Below are positions 1-25,841 of a DNA stretch of 64,000 nt, in pieces. The stretch is from the NCBI GenBank assembly GCA_002269645.1, contig NIVC01000244.1, positions 204,484 through 268,483 on the forward strand, read 5' to 3'. The translations under genes were made by a program, and so were the position numbers. Position 1 is the first letter of the stretch; each line of letters opens with the position of its first letter. The notes under the pieces were generated by a model. That model saw nothing but the letters and a program-made list of their open reading frames with translations. It was not told the origin of the DNA and searched no databases. This DNA is from Macrostomum lignano (Eukaryota).

Positions 1-18
1 AAAACTCTAGGGAATTAC

Positions 19-12871
<12,853 letters not shown>

Positions 12872-13951
12872 AGTATACAGATTTTTAAAAAGTTAATCTT
12901 ACCGAAAGCCGTCTGAAGACAGCGCCGAGGCATTTTGAATTCAAAATCTCCTTCGATTAGCGCTCAATTTAATCGCAATCTCAGCTAAAGCAAGGTGAAA
13001 ATATGCCGAAGCAGTCTCTGGTCTATAAAGATAGTTTGAAAGAATGTTGATTGAATGTTCTTGCTTTTTAAGAGCTGCGAGTTCTTTTATAACACTGGGC
13101 GGGCCCTCCTCGGTCTTGTCGAAACTGGACGAGAATGAAGGACAAGTGGAGAGCGAATTGGTCACAGAATCGTTGGCTGGATTAATACGAGCCAGCAGGC
13201 AGTGACATTAGAGACACCCACACACACAGGACCCCTAGTGCGCTCCACTTCTCTCCCTCTCTCTCTCAGCAACAGTAGCATCTCATTGTGTCGGACTGGC
13301 TATAAGTTAGCAATGCTGGACTCGCTCTGTTTAAAAAATTGTGGCCTTGCGTTTTACAGATTCGTTTTTTTAAGGAAGGCCAGACTGAGAGCAGATGGCA
13401 ACTCCACCCTGTCTTTCGGGTAGTTTTCCAAACGACTAAATTCAGTTCTACGAATAGAGAGAGAGAGAGAGAGAGACTCATGTTTTGATGGCGAGCACTT
13501 CCTACCGGTTTCGGCAGAATTGCAGCAATTGCACACTCGCTATACTAGGGAAGCAAGCTGAATGATGTCGCTGGCGCAATTTCATAATGCCGATTCTATA
13601 AAGAAAGCTTTTAAATAATGAGACCTCAAAAAATTATTTTTTTAAATTTCTTTTCGGTAGTTCAAAGATGCTTTTTAGGTAGATTGAGCTTGCATGTTCT
13701 CAGAAAAAATGGCAACCATTTTCGGAAATGACCGAGTCTGTTTCAGTGTAAAGTTGTAAACGTAAAATAAAATAATTTCTTTGACTAGGAAGAGAATGCG
13801 CGTTCGGCATTTCTAATATTTTATTAGAACTTCACTTTAAGCAGCACTCGCAACTGATTGCTTAGTGCATGCCAGCCAGCCAGCTGACTAGGAAAATCAA
13901 TTGGAATTTTTTAAAACAAAATCTCAAATGAAAATATTCTCGCGCAAACAA

Positions 13952-15646
13952 TCAGTAGTCTTCGTCATCGTCGTAGTATGCCGCCAAATCGTCATCGAAG
14001 TTGGACACGGCAAACGCGTCTTGCTCGGCTCGATCGTGAACCCCGCTTCGTCCGCCAGCTGGAGATCCTTTAGCTACGTAGTCTTCAACACGGGTTGGCA
14101 CTGTTACACCGTCCGCCACTGCCTCTTGCTTGGTGACTTCGACTTGCCTTCTGAAATTGTGCGACCGCGGAGTAACGGGAGAGTGACATCACACTGACAA
14201 TCAGACAGTGGCATTGACAATCAGACCGGAGGAGTGGCATTACAGTCTTGAAACAGAGGCATGGTATCTTAATGAACAATCTAAGATACTTGATGATGTA
14301 TTCACCTGACAATGTCAAAGTACTCCGTATTGGCGCCATCCTTCCACTTGCGATACATGACAGACGCGTCCACATTGGCTGGCGAGCTGGTATTGGGTTC
14401 ATTGAGCAGCGAAATTACGCTGAGCAGTACAGTGCGAACATTCTGAGTAGGATTCCATCGTTCGGACGGCAATTCGCCACTAACTGGGTCCTCGCCTGGT
14501 GGGTGCAAAATGGATATGCACACCTTGCCGTCCTAGGTTTGAAAAAAGGATTTAAGTAATTGAACACCGAAGACCTTGAAAGTTTATTAATGGAAGCTGT
14601 AGACCATTACCTCATAGATGTTTGGATGCCACATTTTCGTAACGAATTTCATTGATGGAGGAGAGTATGGATAATCATTTGGAAACTTCAAGTCAGCCTA
14701 AAATTTTGCATTGTTGGTGTGTGTATGTTATTGAAAAAATGTTCATGTTATTTAAATGCATATGCAGATTCTGCAATGCTAAAAAGTAATATACAACAAA
14801 ATTTTCATACTTGCTTTCTGAAGGATAATTTAAAGAAATTGAACCTATTCATTATTTTAAATTTTAAAGAAAATATTGCAAAAACAAATTTTCTATCTAT
14901 GGTATTAACTTTGTGTATATTTTATCGAAAAATAAAAAAGGCAATTGATTCGTTTGTGTTTCTATATTTGAACCTGCTCCTGCTCCTGCTCTGTTCTGCT
15001 CTGCTCTGATCCTGCTCTGTTTGGCAGCTAATAATTAATAAATATTTAATACAAAATCTTCAGTTACTGATCAGAAGTCTTTTGTGAACTTTTTAAAACA
15101 AAAAACGATTCGTCTAGATTATTTTTAGATGCATAAAATAAAAAAGCAAGAATTTCTGCTTTACTGAGTAAATACTTTTTGGCAGAATCGGAAACCGAAT
15201 ATGTATACATACACGATCACTTGCTCAGAAAAAAGTCACATAAAATGAAATACATAGAAAATAAATCCAATAATTTTTGCTCCAGGTAAAAATCTGAGCA
15301 AGTTTTGATTTAAGAAAGCATTTATAAGGAATTAGCAGATCCACGACTAAAACTATGGACTTAAGTATATTAAATATTTCGAGCCATTTTTTGTTTCCTT
15401 ATTGTAGTCTAACTTTTAGTTAAAGGATGAGCTAGTGAAGCAGAAATGATTCAAAAAGAATAATCTCACCTTTAGGTAGCCACCTTCGTATAGAGTGCCT
15501 GGAGGACCAAAGATTACAACATTCCAATCATAAATGTTATCGTCATTTTTTAGGTGTACTAAAAATCCTTCCACAGGGGAATCGTTAAGACTCTTAAATT
15601 CTTGCTGGAGCACTTTTATTGAAGTGCTCTTGGATAGGAGAGCCAT
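13952..15646 (-). CDS. CDC34: Ubiquitin-conjugating enzyme E2, Cdc34/UBE2R type
   Basis: Exons 15646-15470, 14697-14611, 14532-14306, 14150-13952, all with GT/AG sites and matching phases. Active-site region [18 protein letters not shown], Cdc34/Ubc7 acidic loop [15 protein letters not shown], acidic C-terminal tail [15 protein letters not shown]. Confidence 0.95.
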
Positions 15647-16592
15647 ATTTTGCACTCTGTAAGTGTGGGAAAATAGTTATTTAGGTAAACACGATCAATT
15701 GTCTGTGCAAAATTTCGCACCGCAATCAACGAATTTAATTTAGTGCATTAAAGTTTTCACTGTACTCATTAAAACAATCAGTCAAACATGAACTCTTAAA
15801 AGAATATATTTTAAGAAATTTATTTTGCAATAAAATTATTTCTTGTTTTTTGTAAAACTTATTGGTATCTATTTTAAGAGCTTAAAATTCCTTACTGACC
15901 CACGTGGCCTTGAGCAAGTACTAGGCCTGGCCTACCGCTATAGCGCAGGCACCTTATTACACAATTTTTTAACCGCAGCAATCTGACAAGTTAAGTCTAC
16001 TCTACTCTAGCTTATTTTAGCTGCGATCCATTTTTCGATAATCATGTAGCCTAGGTTAATTTATAATTTTTACTACTTTCAATATACTAGAAAATGCTAA
16101 TATTAAATTTAACAGTAGAAATGTCAAATTATAAGTATGACATGTATATGATTTCAGTCTATGCTTTTACTTAATTAAAAGAATAGGAATTAAGTTTTAT
16201 TGTAATTTTTTATTTTCTAGGCCTCATACTATTGCTAAGAAACCAGTGGAATTTTGAAAGTCTTTTTATTTTTCATCTTTCAACTTTTGTGTAGGCCTAA
16301 TAAATATTTTTGCCTACCTTAGACTAAGTAAAAAGACACTTTAGACCCTACTTTTAAAAATTGGTCAAATAGACCTGGTAAAAAAAGTTGTAAAACTTTT
16401 GTATCCTAAATCTAATGGCAATGCACTATTTATACCATGGCTTTATTGTTGATTATATATTAAAATATTTTTATTAGTTTTTTATATATAATAAAATAGG
16501 CCTAGTCGAGTTGATTGTTTTTTCAAGCAGCATCCTTGTCAATGTCAGATAGCAGCTTAAGACAGGCTCATTAAGAAGATACTTGTATATTA

Positions 16593-17851
16593 TACGAGGG
16601 GAAGTAAAAAAGTAATGATATTTTTCAAAGGACAGAAAGTCATGTCAAGGCTTTTTTCTCTACAAAATCTCTACAAAATCTCCATCCAGTTCTAGGCACT
16701 TTTCTATATGATAGTGCCATCACTCTAGCCCCAAGCCACTACTGAGCTTCTGTTTTCACCTCCTCCTTGCCTAAATATCATATTCCTTTTATTGTTTCCT
16801 TCAACTTTGGAAATAGGAAGAAATCTAATAGAGCAAGATCAGGGCTATAAGGAGTTTGGGAGGGAATTTTTCAGCAAAATTGATGCAAAATGCCTTATCA
16901 AAGCTGTAAAGTATGTGCCAAGGCATTGTTGTGGTCGAAGAAGATGCGCCAGTGGAGCTTGCCAGGTCACTTGCAGCACATCTTTATAGAAGGCCCTAAT
17001 AATCATACACTACAACTCTAAGAAGACTAGTAAGGTAACTCCCTTTGCATCCCAGAAAATGGTTGCCATGACCTTGGCCACAGAGTGGTTGGCCTGCAAC
17101 TTATTTGGCCTAGTAGATCCTTGAGGCAGCCACACTTTTGACTGGATTTTAGACTTTGGATTGTACTAGTAGATCCAAGTCTTACCAGGTATTACCAGTT
17201 ACCAACCATTTGAAAAATTGTCAGCATCAATGTCAAGGCAGTTGAGCAAGTTTGCTATGCACTTGCTACATTGGGCCTTGTGCTCCAGGTGCAATGCCAA
17301 TAAAACCCAATGGGCACTTAGCTTGTTGAAGCCCAAATTGTCTATCAAGATCAAATGAACACTGCCATCTGAGATGCCCAGTTCCTCAATAATAGCCTCA
17401 ATGGTCACACGCCAGTCTTGCTCAACTTTTTGATGCACAGCAATAACTATCTCTTCTGTGTGCACTGTGCTCAGTTGTCCACTGCAGTCAGCATCTTCAA
17501 TGGCCTTCTGACAGACCTTAAACTCTTGGATCTACCAATAAACAATAGGATTCAGTGGGCAGCATCCCCAAAGACCTTCTGTAAAGCCTCAAGGATAGCA
17601 GCCAGCTTCTAATGCAACTGCATTAAAAACTTCACATTGAAATGCATTTCAAGTTTGAAATTTCCCATTGTTGAAAATGGGTACTGCATTTGTACTTCGC
17701 CCATGGTTGAACTATATATCCAAAAAGAGCAAAAAAGCATTACAATAAGAAACAAAAGATGCTTATTCAAGTGGAAAATGTCTGGGTTCAATATTTATTT
17801 TCTGCCTTGTGCAGGAGCAAAATTATCATTACTTTTTTACTTCCATCAATA
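16593..17851 (-). mobile_element. Degenerate full-length mariner (Tc1/mariner) DNA transposon
   Basis: Left end TA|TACGAGGGGAAGTAAAAAAGTAATGAT (16591-16619); inverted copy ATCATTACTTTTTTACTTCC at 17825-17844 (20-bp perfect match); about 1.26 kb. Minus-strand transposase remnants: NVKFLM, ALQKVFGDAA, EDADCSGQLST, RVTIEAIIEELGISDGSVHLIL..LGFNKLSAHWV, VTGNTW, PYSPDLALLDFFLFPKLK (~16800-16850). Interrupted by stops and frameshifts. Confidence 0.9.
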
Positions 17852-18190
17852 GATCAATATAGAACATGCTATAGTGACCTAGGTCCTTTGCTTTATTTCC
17901 TAAAAATATCTTACTACTGCCACCAAATATAGAATGTTTCTACCCTTTCTTAGTGCACATCCATAATTAAAATTTTAATATTTGTACAGAAACTGCTCTT
18001 GAAATCCATCCCAAGAACCCTAATAATTATAAAAATTGTTGATACACTCATACTTCAAATTAAACTATGAATGATACAAATTTGAAACTTGAATTAAATG
18101 GCATCCAGCCTAAAAACCCATGTCAACTAAATTGCAGTTTGCTACTGTACTAGAATTTCATATTTGAAATTGTCTACCATACATTTACAG

Positions 18191-21100
18191 GCAAGCCATC
18201 AAACTGTGCCAGCGCCCCCACTGCCGCAGTGCCTGCCTGGACTTCAGTGTCCACTTGCACAGCTGAGCCCTCGGCAGAGACGCAAAATTAGTAGAAAATG
18301 GCATCAAGCTGCTTCAGCAGCCGGCTCCACAGTGCTAAGCGCCGAGCCCACAGCCTGCTTGTTAGTGGCCAATGCTGGCCTCCATAATGGCATCGGTGAG
18401 TCCAACCTAGTCAGTCTGGGCTTGCCAGGCCTAATCAGAGTTATCCAACCAGCTGGCCAGTCTCACTGCTTCCTGCTATTCCACGATGCCGCCTCAGCAG
18501 AAGAGGCTGCCGCTGGTTTGCAGTTACACCAACTGGCCGATTCCATGCCTGCGGGCTCAGTTCTGTATGTCTTCTTTGCTGATCCGGAGTTGGCAGTCAA
18601 ACAGGTGCAATCTTCGGATCCCAATGAGGTGAGTGGGTCTAAGCGTTTATAGGCTCAATATATTCTTAAATCTAGTATTGATTTAGTATGATTCATTTGA
18701 AGTTGCTCGCAAAATTACAGAAATTCAGATCCTTGGCTTGGCCACCGCCACCCTCCCAGATCCTTAGTTGCTGGGTCATCAACACCCTCTCAGATCCTTA
18801 GTTGCGGTGCCACCGCCACCCTCCCAGATCACCAGTTGCTGGGCCACCGCCAGACTTTCAGATCCTTAGGCTGTGCCACCCTTACCAGATCACCTGTTGC
18901 TGGGCCACCCCCCACCCTCCCAGATCCTCAGTTGCTGGGCCAACCCCACCCTCCCATATCCTCAGTCGCTGGGCCACCCCCACCCTCCCAGATCCTCAGT
19001 CGCTGGGCCACCGCCACCCTCCCAGATCACCAGTTGCTGGGCCACCGCCAGACTTTCAAATCCTTAGGCTGTGCCACCCTTACCAGATCACCAGTTGCTG
19101 GGCCACCCCCACCCCCCAGATCCTTAGTTGCTGGGCCACCCCCCCCACCCTCCAGATCCTCAGTTGCTGGGCCAACCCCACCCTCCCATATCCTCAGTCG
19201 CTGGGCCACCCCCACCCTCCCAGATCCTCAGTCGCTGGGCCACCGCCACCCTCCCAGATCACCAGTTGCTGGGCCACCGCCACCCTTCCAGATCCGGGAC
19301 GGCTGTGCCACCCTCCCAGATCTTTAGTTTGGCAGGTTTCTTAATTTCTATACCATAGCTATGAGCATATCATGGTATCGTTAACATTGTCGTAATCTGT
19401 GCTTAAAGGTGGCTATAACAAATCTAGCCGACAGCAGCGCGTTGCCGCCCGGTCTCAGCCTCACCTTGGACGCCGTGTCGCTGGCGGAGGAGGCCGAACT
19501 CCTGGCCCTGGTCGATGCCGAGCTAGACAGCGGTGACCGCGACGTCGCCATTGCCGACGGCCGCCTACGCAATCGCCGCGTTGTGCACTGGGGCCACGAG
19601 TTTCTCTATGGTCGAAACCGGCTGGCTCCGCTGCCCGACCGGCCGCTTCCCCCCGCCTGCGCGACCGTCGCCGATCGACTGACGCCGGCCTGGCTGCCCA
19701 GGCCCGACCAGCTGACTGCCAACGTCTACGAGCCAGGCGGCGGCATCGCTGCTCACGTGGACTCGCACGCCGCTTTCGGCGATTCAATTCTGTCTGTCAG
19801 TCTGGGCAGCGGCTGCGCTTTCAGATTGACCCGGCCCGGCCGGCCCACCGTCTGTCTGGCGCTGCCGCCTCGATCCGCTCTGCTGCTGACTGGAGAAGCG
19901 CGCCTAGTCTGGCGCCACGAGATTCCGGCGCGCCAGGTTGACTTGGTTGCTTCTGCTAGCAGCAGCGGAGGCTGCGATTTAGTTAAGCGAGGTCGACGGG
20001 TGTCGCTAACCTTTAGGCAAGCTCGGCAATCCAACCAGCCGTGCAGATGCGGCTTCGGCGACGTCTGCGACGAAGATCGAGGCGTTGATGGTGCTTCTAG
20101 GTTAGCTAACTCGCCTCCACTGATATTTTTGTGCCGAAGCCGAATTTGCGTGATCTTTACCCGAATGTTAGTAGCCTTATAATCCAATGCGTGATAATCT
20201 TCATCCTATGACTGATTATCTTCATCCTATGACTGATTATCATCATCCTATGGCTGATTATCTTCATCCTATGGCTGATTATCTTCATCCTATGGCTGAT
20301 TATCTTCATCCTATGGCTGATTATCTTCATCCTATGGCTGATTATCTTCATCCTATGGCTGATTATCTTTATCCTATGGCTGATTATCTTCATCCTATGG
20401 CTGATTATCTTCATCCTATGGCTGATTATCTTCATCCTATGGCTGATTATCTTTATCTTATGGCTGATTATCTTCATCCTATGGCTGATTATCTTCATCC
20501 TATGACTGATTATCTTCATCCTATGGCTGATTATCTTCATCCTATGGCTGATTATCTTCATCCTATGGCTGATTATCTTCATCCTATGGCTGATTATCTT
20601 TATCTTATGGCTGATTATCTTCATCTATGGCTGATTATCTTCATCCTATGGCTGATTATCTTCATCCTATGGCTGATTATCTTCATCCTATGGCTGATTA
20701 TCTTCATCCTATGGCTGATTATCTTCATCTATGGCTGATTATCTTCATCCTATGACTGATTATCGTCATCATATGGCTGATTATCTTCATCCTATGGCTG
20801 ATTATCTTCATCCTATGACTGATTTCGTCATACTCTGGCTGATTATCTTCATCCTGGCTGATTATCTTCATCCTCTGGCTGATTATCTCATCCTCTGGCT
20901 GATTATCTTTATCTTATGACTGATTATCTTTATCTTATGGCTGATTATCTTCATCCTCTGGCTGATTATCTTTATCTTATGACTGATTTTCGTCATCATA
21001 TGACTGATTATCGTCATCATATGGCTGATTATCTTCATCCTTTCGCGGATTTTCTACACAGTAGGAATGCAAAGCCATTTCTCCGCCCGCAGAACTACCA

Positions 21101-22381
21101 AAGTAGGGGGCCCCCTAAAACTGCAAACTGCCATCAAGTCACCAGCTTTTCGGACCGCCTAGATAAATATTCAACAATTCTGCTGGAAGGGAAGTTTGGA
21201 TTTTCCCATAAGCGCCAGTGTATTCAATACAGCCTCTGTACGCCAATCAGCACTGCGCCTCAGTGCAGCCTTGCCAAGTCTCCAAATTTCATCAGCACTT
21301 TGACCATGTGTCTGCATCAGCTCTGACTTCGTTACTCACCCGCCTTCAACCAGACAGAGCTTCTGGACCTTCAATATGTTGGCACCAGGTGACTATGGAC
21401 ACCTGTTTTGAATTTCTTGGATGTCGCAGATCAAAATTCAATAATGAGCAAACCTCAAGGCTGATGATATAGCCATGCTAAAAAAATTATTAATGTCCAC
21501 ATTGACGTTGATGCTCTCTGATCCCATTTCAATCTTGATTTCCGAGATTCCATTACGACTAAGCCATGACTCGTACCTGCAATTCCAGCCTCAGCCCCGC
21601 CGAGAGCCAGCCAACTCAGCAACAGCAGGCTCTAGATCCAGCCAGCCTTGAGCGCGAGTTCGTACACTCAGTGTACGACTCCATCGCCGATCATTTCAGC
21701 GACACCCGGCACTCGCGCTGGCCCCGCGTGGCCGCTTTTCTAGCGGACCTGCCGCCAGGCTGTCTGCTTTTAGACATCGGCTGCGGCAACGGCAAGAACA
21801 TGTTGGCTAGGCGGGATCTGCTAGCTATTGGCTGCGATCGCAGCGTGGCGCTGTGCACCGTGTGCGCTAGCCGCAGCCTGCCGGTATTCCAAGCCGACGC
21901 TTTGCAATTACCATTGCGCAATGCCGTATTCGATGCGGCCGTGTGCATTGCCGTATTGCATCATTTGAGTACTAGGGAGCGCCGGTTAGCCGCTATTAAG
22001 GAGCTGGCCCGCGTCAGCAGGCCTAACGCGCCGATTCTAATCTACGTGTGGGCTATGGAGCAGCGGCGCAATGGCAAAGCATCGGCCTACTTAAAGAAGC
22101 CAGAGGAGTCTGACGATGCCGGACAGAGAGGGGAACAGTTGGTTCGCGATGCCCGCACGGGTCTGGGCGTTCATCGGCCCGGCTCCGAATTCAAATCTGC
22201 CGACATGCTGGTGCCTTGGCGCAGCCGATCAGACGAACGATTGCGCTTCTATCACTTGTTTGTTGAAGGCGAATTAGACCAGCTGTGCACAGATAGCGGC
22301 CTGTTCCAACTGATCGAGGCCTACTACGACAATGGCAACTGGTGCGTCCGACTGTTGCGCAACGATGCGCCTGTCAGCTGA
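18191..22381 (+). CDS. ALKBH8: tRNA wobble-uridine modifying enzyme ALKBH8 (RRM + AlkB 2OG-Fe(II) dioxygenase + Zn motif + Trm9-like methyltransferase); start exon not found
   Basis: Exons 18191-18628, 19409-20100, 21589-22381, joined by phase-0 and phase-2 junctions. [14 protein letters not shown]; dioxygenase HVD..H..RVSLTFR; CRCGFGDVC Zn motif; SAM motif [11 protein letters not shown]; [12 protein letters not shown] and YYDNGNWCV. Confidence 0.93.
18730..19322. repeat. ~33-34-bp minisatellite in an ALKBH8 intron
   Basis: Recurring CAGTTGCTGGGCCACC.CCACCCTCCCAGATC with a higher-order period of about 198 bp. Confidence 0.9.
20187..21042. repeat. 21-bp minisatellite in an ALKBH8 intron
   Basis: Unit ATGGCTGATTATCTTCATCCT; source of the MADYLHP and MKIISHR ORFs. 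Confidence 0.97.
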
Positions 22382-22640
22382 ATTGCAAGTACTTTTTTTC
22401 CGCATTTTCAATTGTCTTCATGCGTTTGTTAACATGATTGATTGATCTAAATTTGTTTGAGTTTTGTGTGATGTCGGAGCATATTTTCACTGGTGCATAG
22501 ATTCCTTTGGTACATAGATTAATAATACGCAGTTACAAATACGAAAATTGTGTACAGAACAAATGAAGTATAAAACAATCATTTGTTTTCGCTTACATGC
22601 TTTTAATTATTTAACTACAGCGCTAGTTTTGGATCGTAGC

Positions 22641-23653
22641 TTTAGCTTACAATTAGAGATTATCTAATTTTAACTGAATGCAGCTTTGAAAAATGTATGC
22701 GAAGTACACGCAAAGTTCAGCGCCACATGTACATGTGCAATGAGCCTGTTCGAGCCGCAAAAAATCACGTTTTCATGAAGATCAGCGAATCTTACATGTA
22801 GTTAAAACAGCAATTTAATATTTTTAAAATCACCTTGTGCAGATCAATCAAACTACTTCCATGCATAGCGTCTGCTGATTTCTGCTTTTACTTCTTAGTT
22901 GCTCAGGGTCTTACAACTGAACTGGGGATGTACGGGCCTGTATGTTAACTTATCTAAGTTACATCTTGATCCAGCTATATCAGAACAAAGTCGAGTTAAA
23001 ACAAACTGACTAGATAAATTGTATTTATAGTACTGCTGCATCAACTTTAAATATTTTGAAGCCACAAAATATATTTAAAAAACGATTCTATTGCCTCTTC
23101 TCTCGAATTAAATAGAGGACTTAAACTTTTAATTCTACTGTTTTTTCCGAGAAATCTAACAGTCTTTGTTGTTGCCGATGATGATGATGCCCATTTGAAT
23201 TGAACAAAGGCCATATCCACATAATTCTCGATTTCGAAACTCGAACTAATACTCGTCATACCCATGAACACGGTGTCTTGACTGCTGATTTTAGTTCCTT
23301 TTTAAATAGTTAATGTGGTTTAATAAATATCTGTTGCATCTATCTATGCAATAGCCTAGGTAGCCGGTAGGCCTATTGTCTATTGAGTATTGACCAGCTG
23401 TCCAGACTCCAGAGCAGTTATACATGTAAAACTTTGCTGCTATGTAAATGAATAGTAGAGCAGACGAAATTGTATACAATGCCAATAAAAGAGTAGGCTT
23501 AACAGCCATTTTTTCTACAAGCAAATGATAGAACGACTGCTAAAAAAAGTCTGACCTCCCTTATAAAGGCATCTTTAGCTTACATTAGAGATTATCTAAT
23601 TTTAACTGAATGCAGCTTTGAAAAATGTATGCGAAGTACATGCAAAGTTCAGC
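22641..23653. repeat. Pair of ~80-bp direct repeats (22641-22721 and 23574-23653)
   Basis: TTTAGCTTACA(A)TTAGAGATTATCTAATTTTAACTGAATGCAGCTTTGAAAAATGTATGCGAAGTACA(C/T)GCAAAGTTCAGC occurs twice, differing by one indel and one substitution. Confidence 0.9.
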
Positions 23654-24085
23654 TTTTTGTTCAGGTTCATAAGTTCCTGAGTTCAAAGTTTAGGTTGTTG
23701 ATATATATGATATTGTGATGTTTGATATATAATTTTAGCAGGCAATGTAAATCATTTTGATAAGAATTTTGAATCAAAAATCAAATGGTCAAATACTTTT
23801 ACAATTACAAGTAGTAAATAGTTTGTTAGAGATGAAAAATTTTTTATTCAAAATTCACATTTGAATTTATGTAATTTTGGTTATGGCTTTGTGTTTGTAG
23901 CTTTGATTTACTTTAATTTCTAGAGACAAAGAAAATAAAACATTTACTTTAATAAATGGCAATAAATAAACAAACTTATTTTTATAGGGGCCTAATTAAA
24001 GGCATAGGCCAATTATTGGATTCATATATATATTATTAGTTATTAATGGTTATTAGGTTATTTCAACTATAGCTATACCTTAGAT

Positions 24086-24806
24086 TAGTGATGGATCAAA
24101 ATTATTTTTTAAATCAAAATCAAAATCGAAATTTTTGGTTCCTTAGAATCGAAATTGAAATTGAAATCAAAATTTTTGAGCTTAACAAATTTTTACTTGT
24201 TCACTATGCAAAAAGGTTAATACCTTGCCTCTGCATGTATGAGCTTACATGTTTTATAAAAAGTATCTTTGATATGTTTAAACCAGAATACTTAAGATTT
24301 AACTTACTTTAAAAATAAGAAATAGAAAATGCTGGTGTATTATGTATTATACACTCGTCCACATAGAAATATAATAGAAGTTGTATTATACTTCACCGCT
24401 GTTTAAGCTGAAGATCTAGATACGAGTAGCCTATATCCATTTCATTAAGGCTTTAAGTCTTTAGCCAATTAAAATCCATGCCGATGAGTTCAGCCAGTGG
24501 GCTTGTGGAGGATGAGGTGGGTGCAGCACAAGGCCTGGAACAGTGTGTGCAGTGTGCCCCGCACAATCCTTTCTTGTAGAAAAGACAATTCTCACTTTGA
24601 ACTGCACTTCATTTCACTTCCTATAGATTTTCTTACTCGTGTAGCATGATCATCAATGTCTAAATAGTTAAAATATAATCAAAATTTTGAAATGATTTTC
24701 GATGAATGGTGTTTAAATTCAAAATTGAAATCGAAATTATTTCAATGCAAAATTGGTTTCAAAATTCAGAATATCGAAATCAAAATCGAATTTTGATCCA
24801 TCACTA
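24086..24806. mobile_element. Non-autonomous hAT-like DNA transposon (MITE), 721 bp
   Basis: Perfect 18-bp TIR TAGTGATGGATCAAAATT / AATTTTGATCCATCACTA; 8-bp TSD CCTTAGAT at 24078-24085 and 24807-24814; subterminal AAATC(G/A)AAA repeats at both ends. Confidence 0.9.
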
Positions 24807-25689
24807 CCTTAGATGATATCTTTTTGCTAGGAAAATTCTATTACATAGAAGCATTCCTAGGCTAATATCTTACCTTAGCAGATGCCATAGTCTAGATCAT
24901 TAGATCATACTGGGTACATGCCTAGGCCCTAAACAAAAATCAAATAATTACAAATGTATGCCAAAAAAATTGAATGCATGCCTATTCTCAAAACTATGAG
25001 GTGTTGTGACAAAAATTGACCTTTTTTTACATTGTGACAATAAAAAACCTTTTCTAAATTGTGCAATGAACCTTTTTGGCAAATAATTTAGTTAATTTTT
25101 TGCCTTTTCAATGATAATATTCATAATGAAAAAAACAATACATGCAAAGATTTGTTTAAATACTTTATTACAAGCTTTAAAAACCTGGAAAACTTGAAAT
25201 TTATGCTTAAAAATGAACCTTTTTTCATTTCTTTTCTACTACACAATAACTCTTCCGCATGATTCTATGAAGTGTATGCCAGCCATGCAGTGTGCATGCA
25301 TACTATTTTCTTAGGAGTAATGCACACCAACTATGCATGCTTATTTTGGCATGCAAGGCCAATGCACACCCAAATTTTTGGGTGTATATTACATGATCTG
25401 GAGTGTGGAGTAGATGCAACATAAGATATGCTATGTCCATTGTATTTGATATAAAACATGGAATAGTATATAACATAATGCAATAAATATAAACTATTAT
25501 TGATAATTAAATATAGACAAAAAGCCTACATTAGAAAATGATACATGAAAAAAATATTAAAATACAGTTGTCAATACAAAGTTTATTTTGAAAATAATGG
25601 GATTTTTTTTTGTTTTAGGCCTTTGAATAAACTGTAGCTTGATTAATTATAATCTTAGTCATAACCACAAAAAGTAATCATGCTTGGGT

Positions 25690-25841
25690 GCAACCTAGGG
25701 ATTCACCTGGCTGTTTCTATTGGCAACACATACATGTAAGTTGTTATTGGATGAAATAGTAGTCACGTGACTGCTCTTAGCCAATAGCAACTTACATGTG
25801 TGTGTCGCCAATAGAAACAGCTGAGTGATTCCTAAGGTTGC
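25690..25841. repeat. ~150-bp imperfect palindrome (fold-back or MITE-like)
   Basis: Left arm GCAACCTAGGGATTCAC..CTGTTTCTATTGGCAACACATACATGTAAGTTGTTATTGG; right arm CCAATAGCAACTTACATGTGTGTGTCGCCAATAGAAACAG..GTGATTCCTAAGGTTGC; centred on AGTCACGTGACT. Confidence 0.85.

Noticed and set aside
12941-13165. 74-aa ORF upstream of the mucin leader
   Set aside because: Ends in a stop with no usable donor; the mucin leader already has its own ATG and signal peptide.
20187-21326. MADYLHP-repeat protein
   Set aside because: 21-bp satellite within an ALKBH8 intron; lacks unique coding flanks, unlike the nested ORF at 55423.
19409-22381. Separate AlkB dioxygenase and methyltransferase genes
   Set aside because: A phase-2 donor (20100) and acceptor (21588) join them in the known ALKBH8 domain order.
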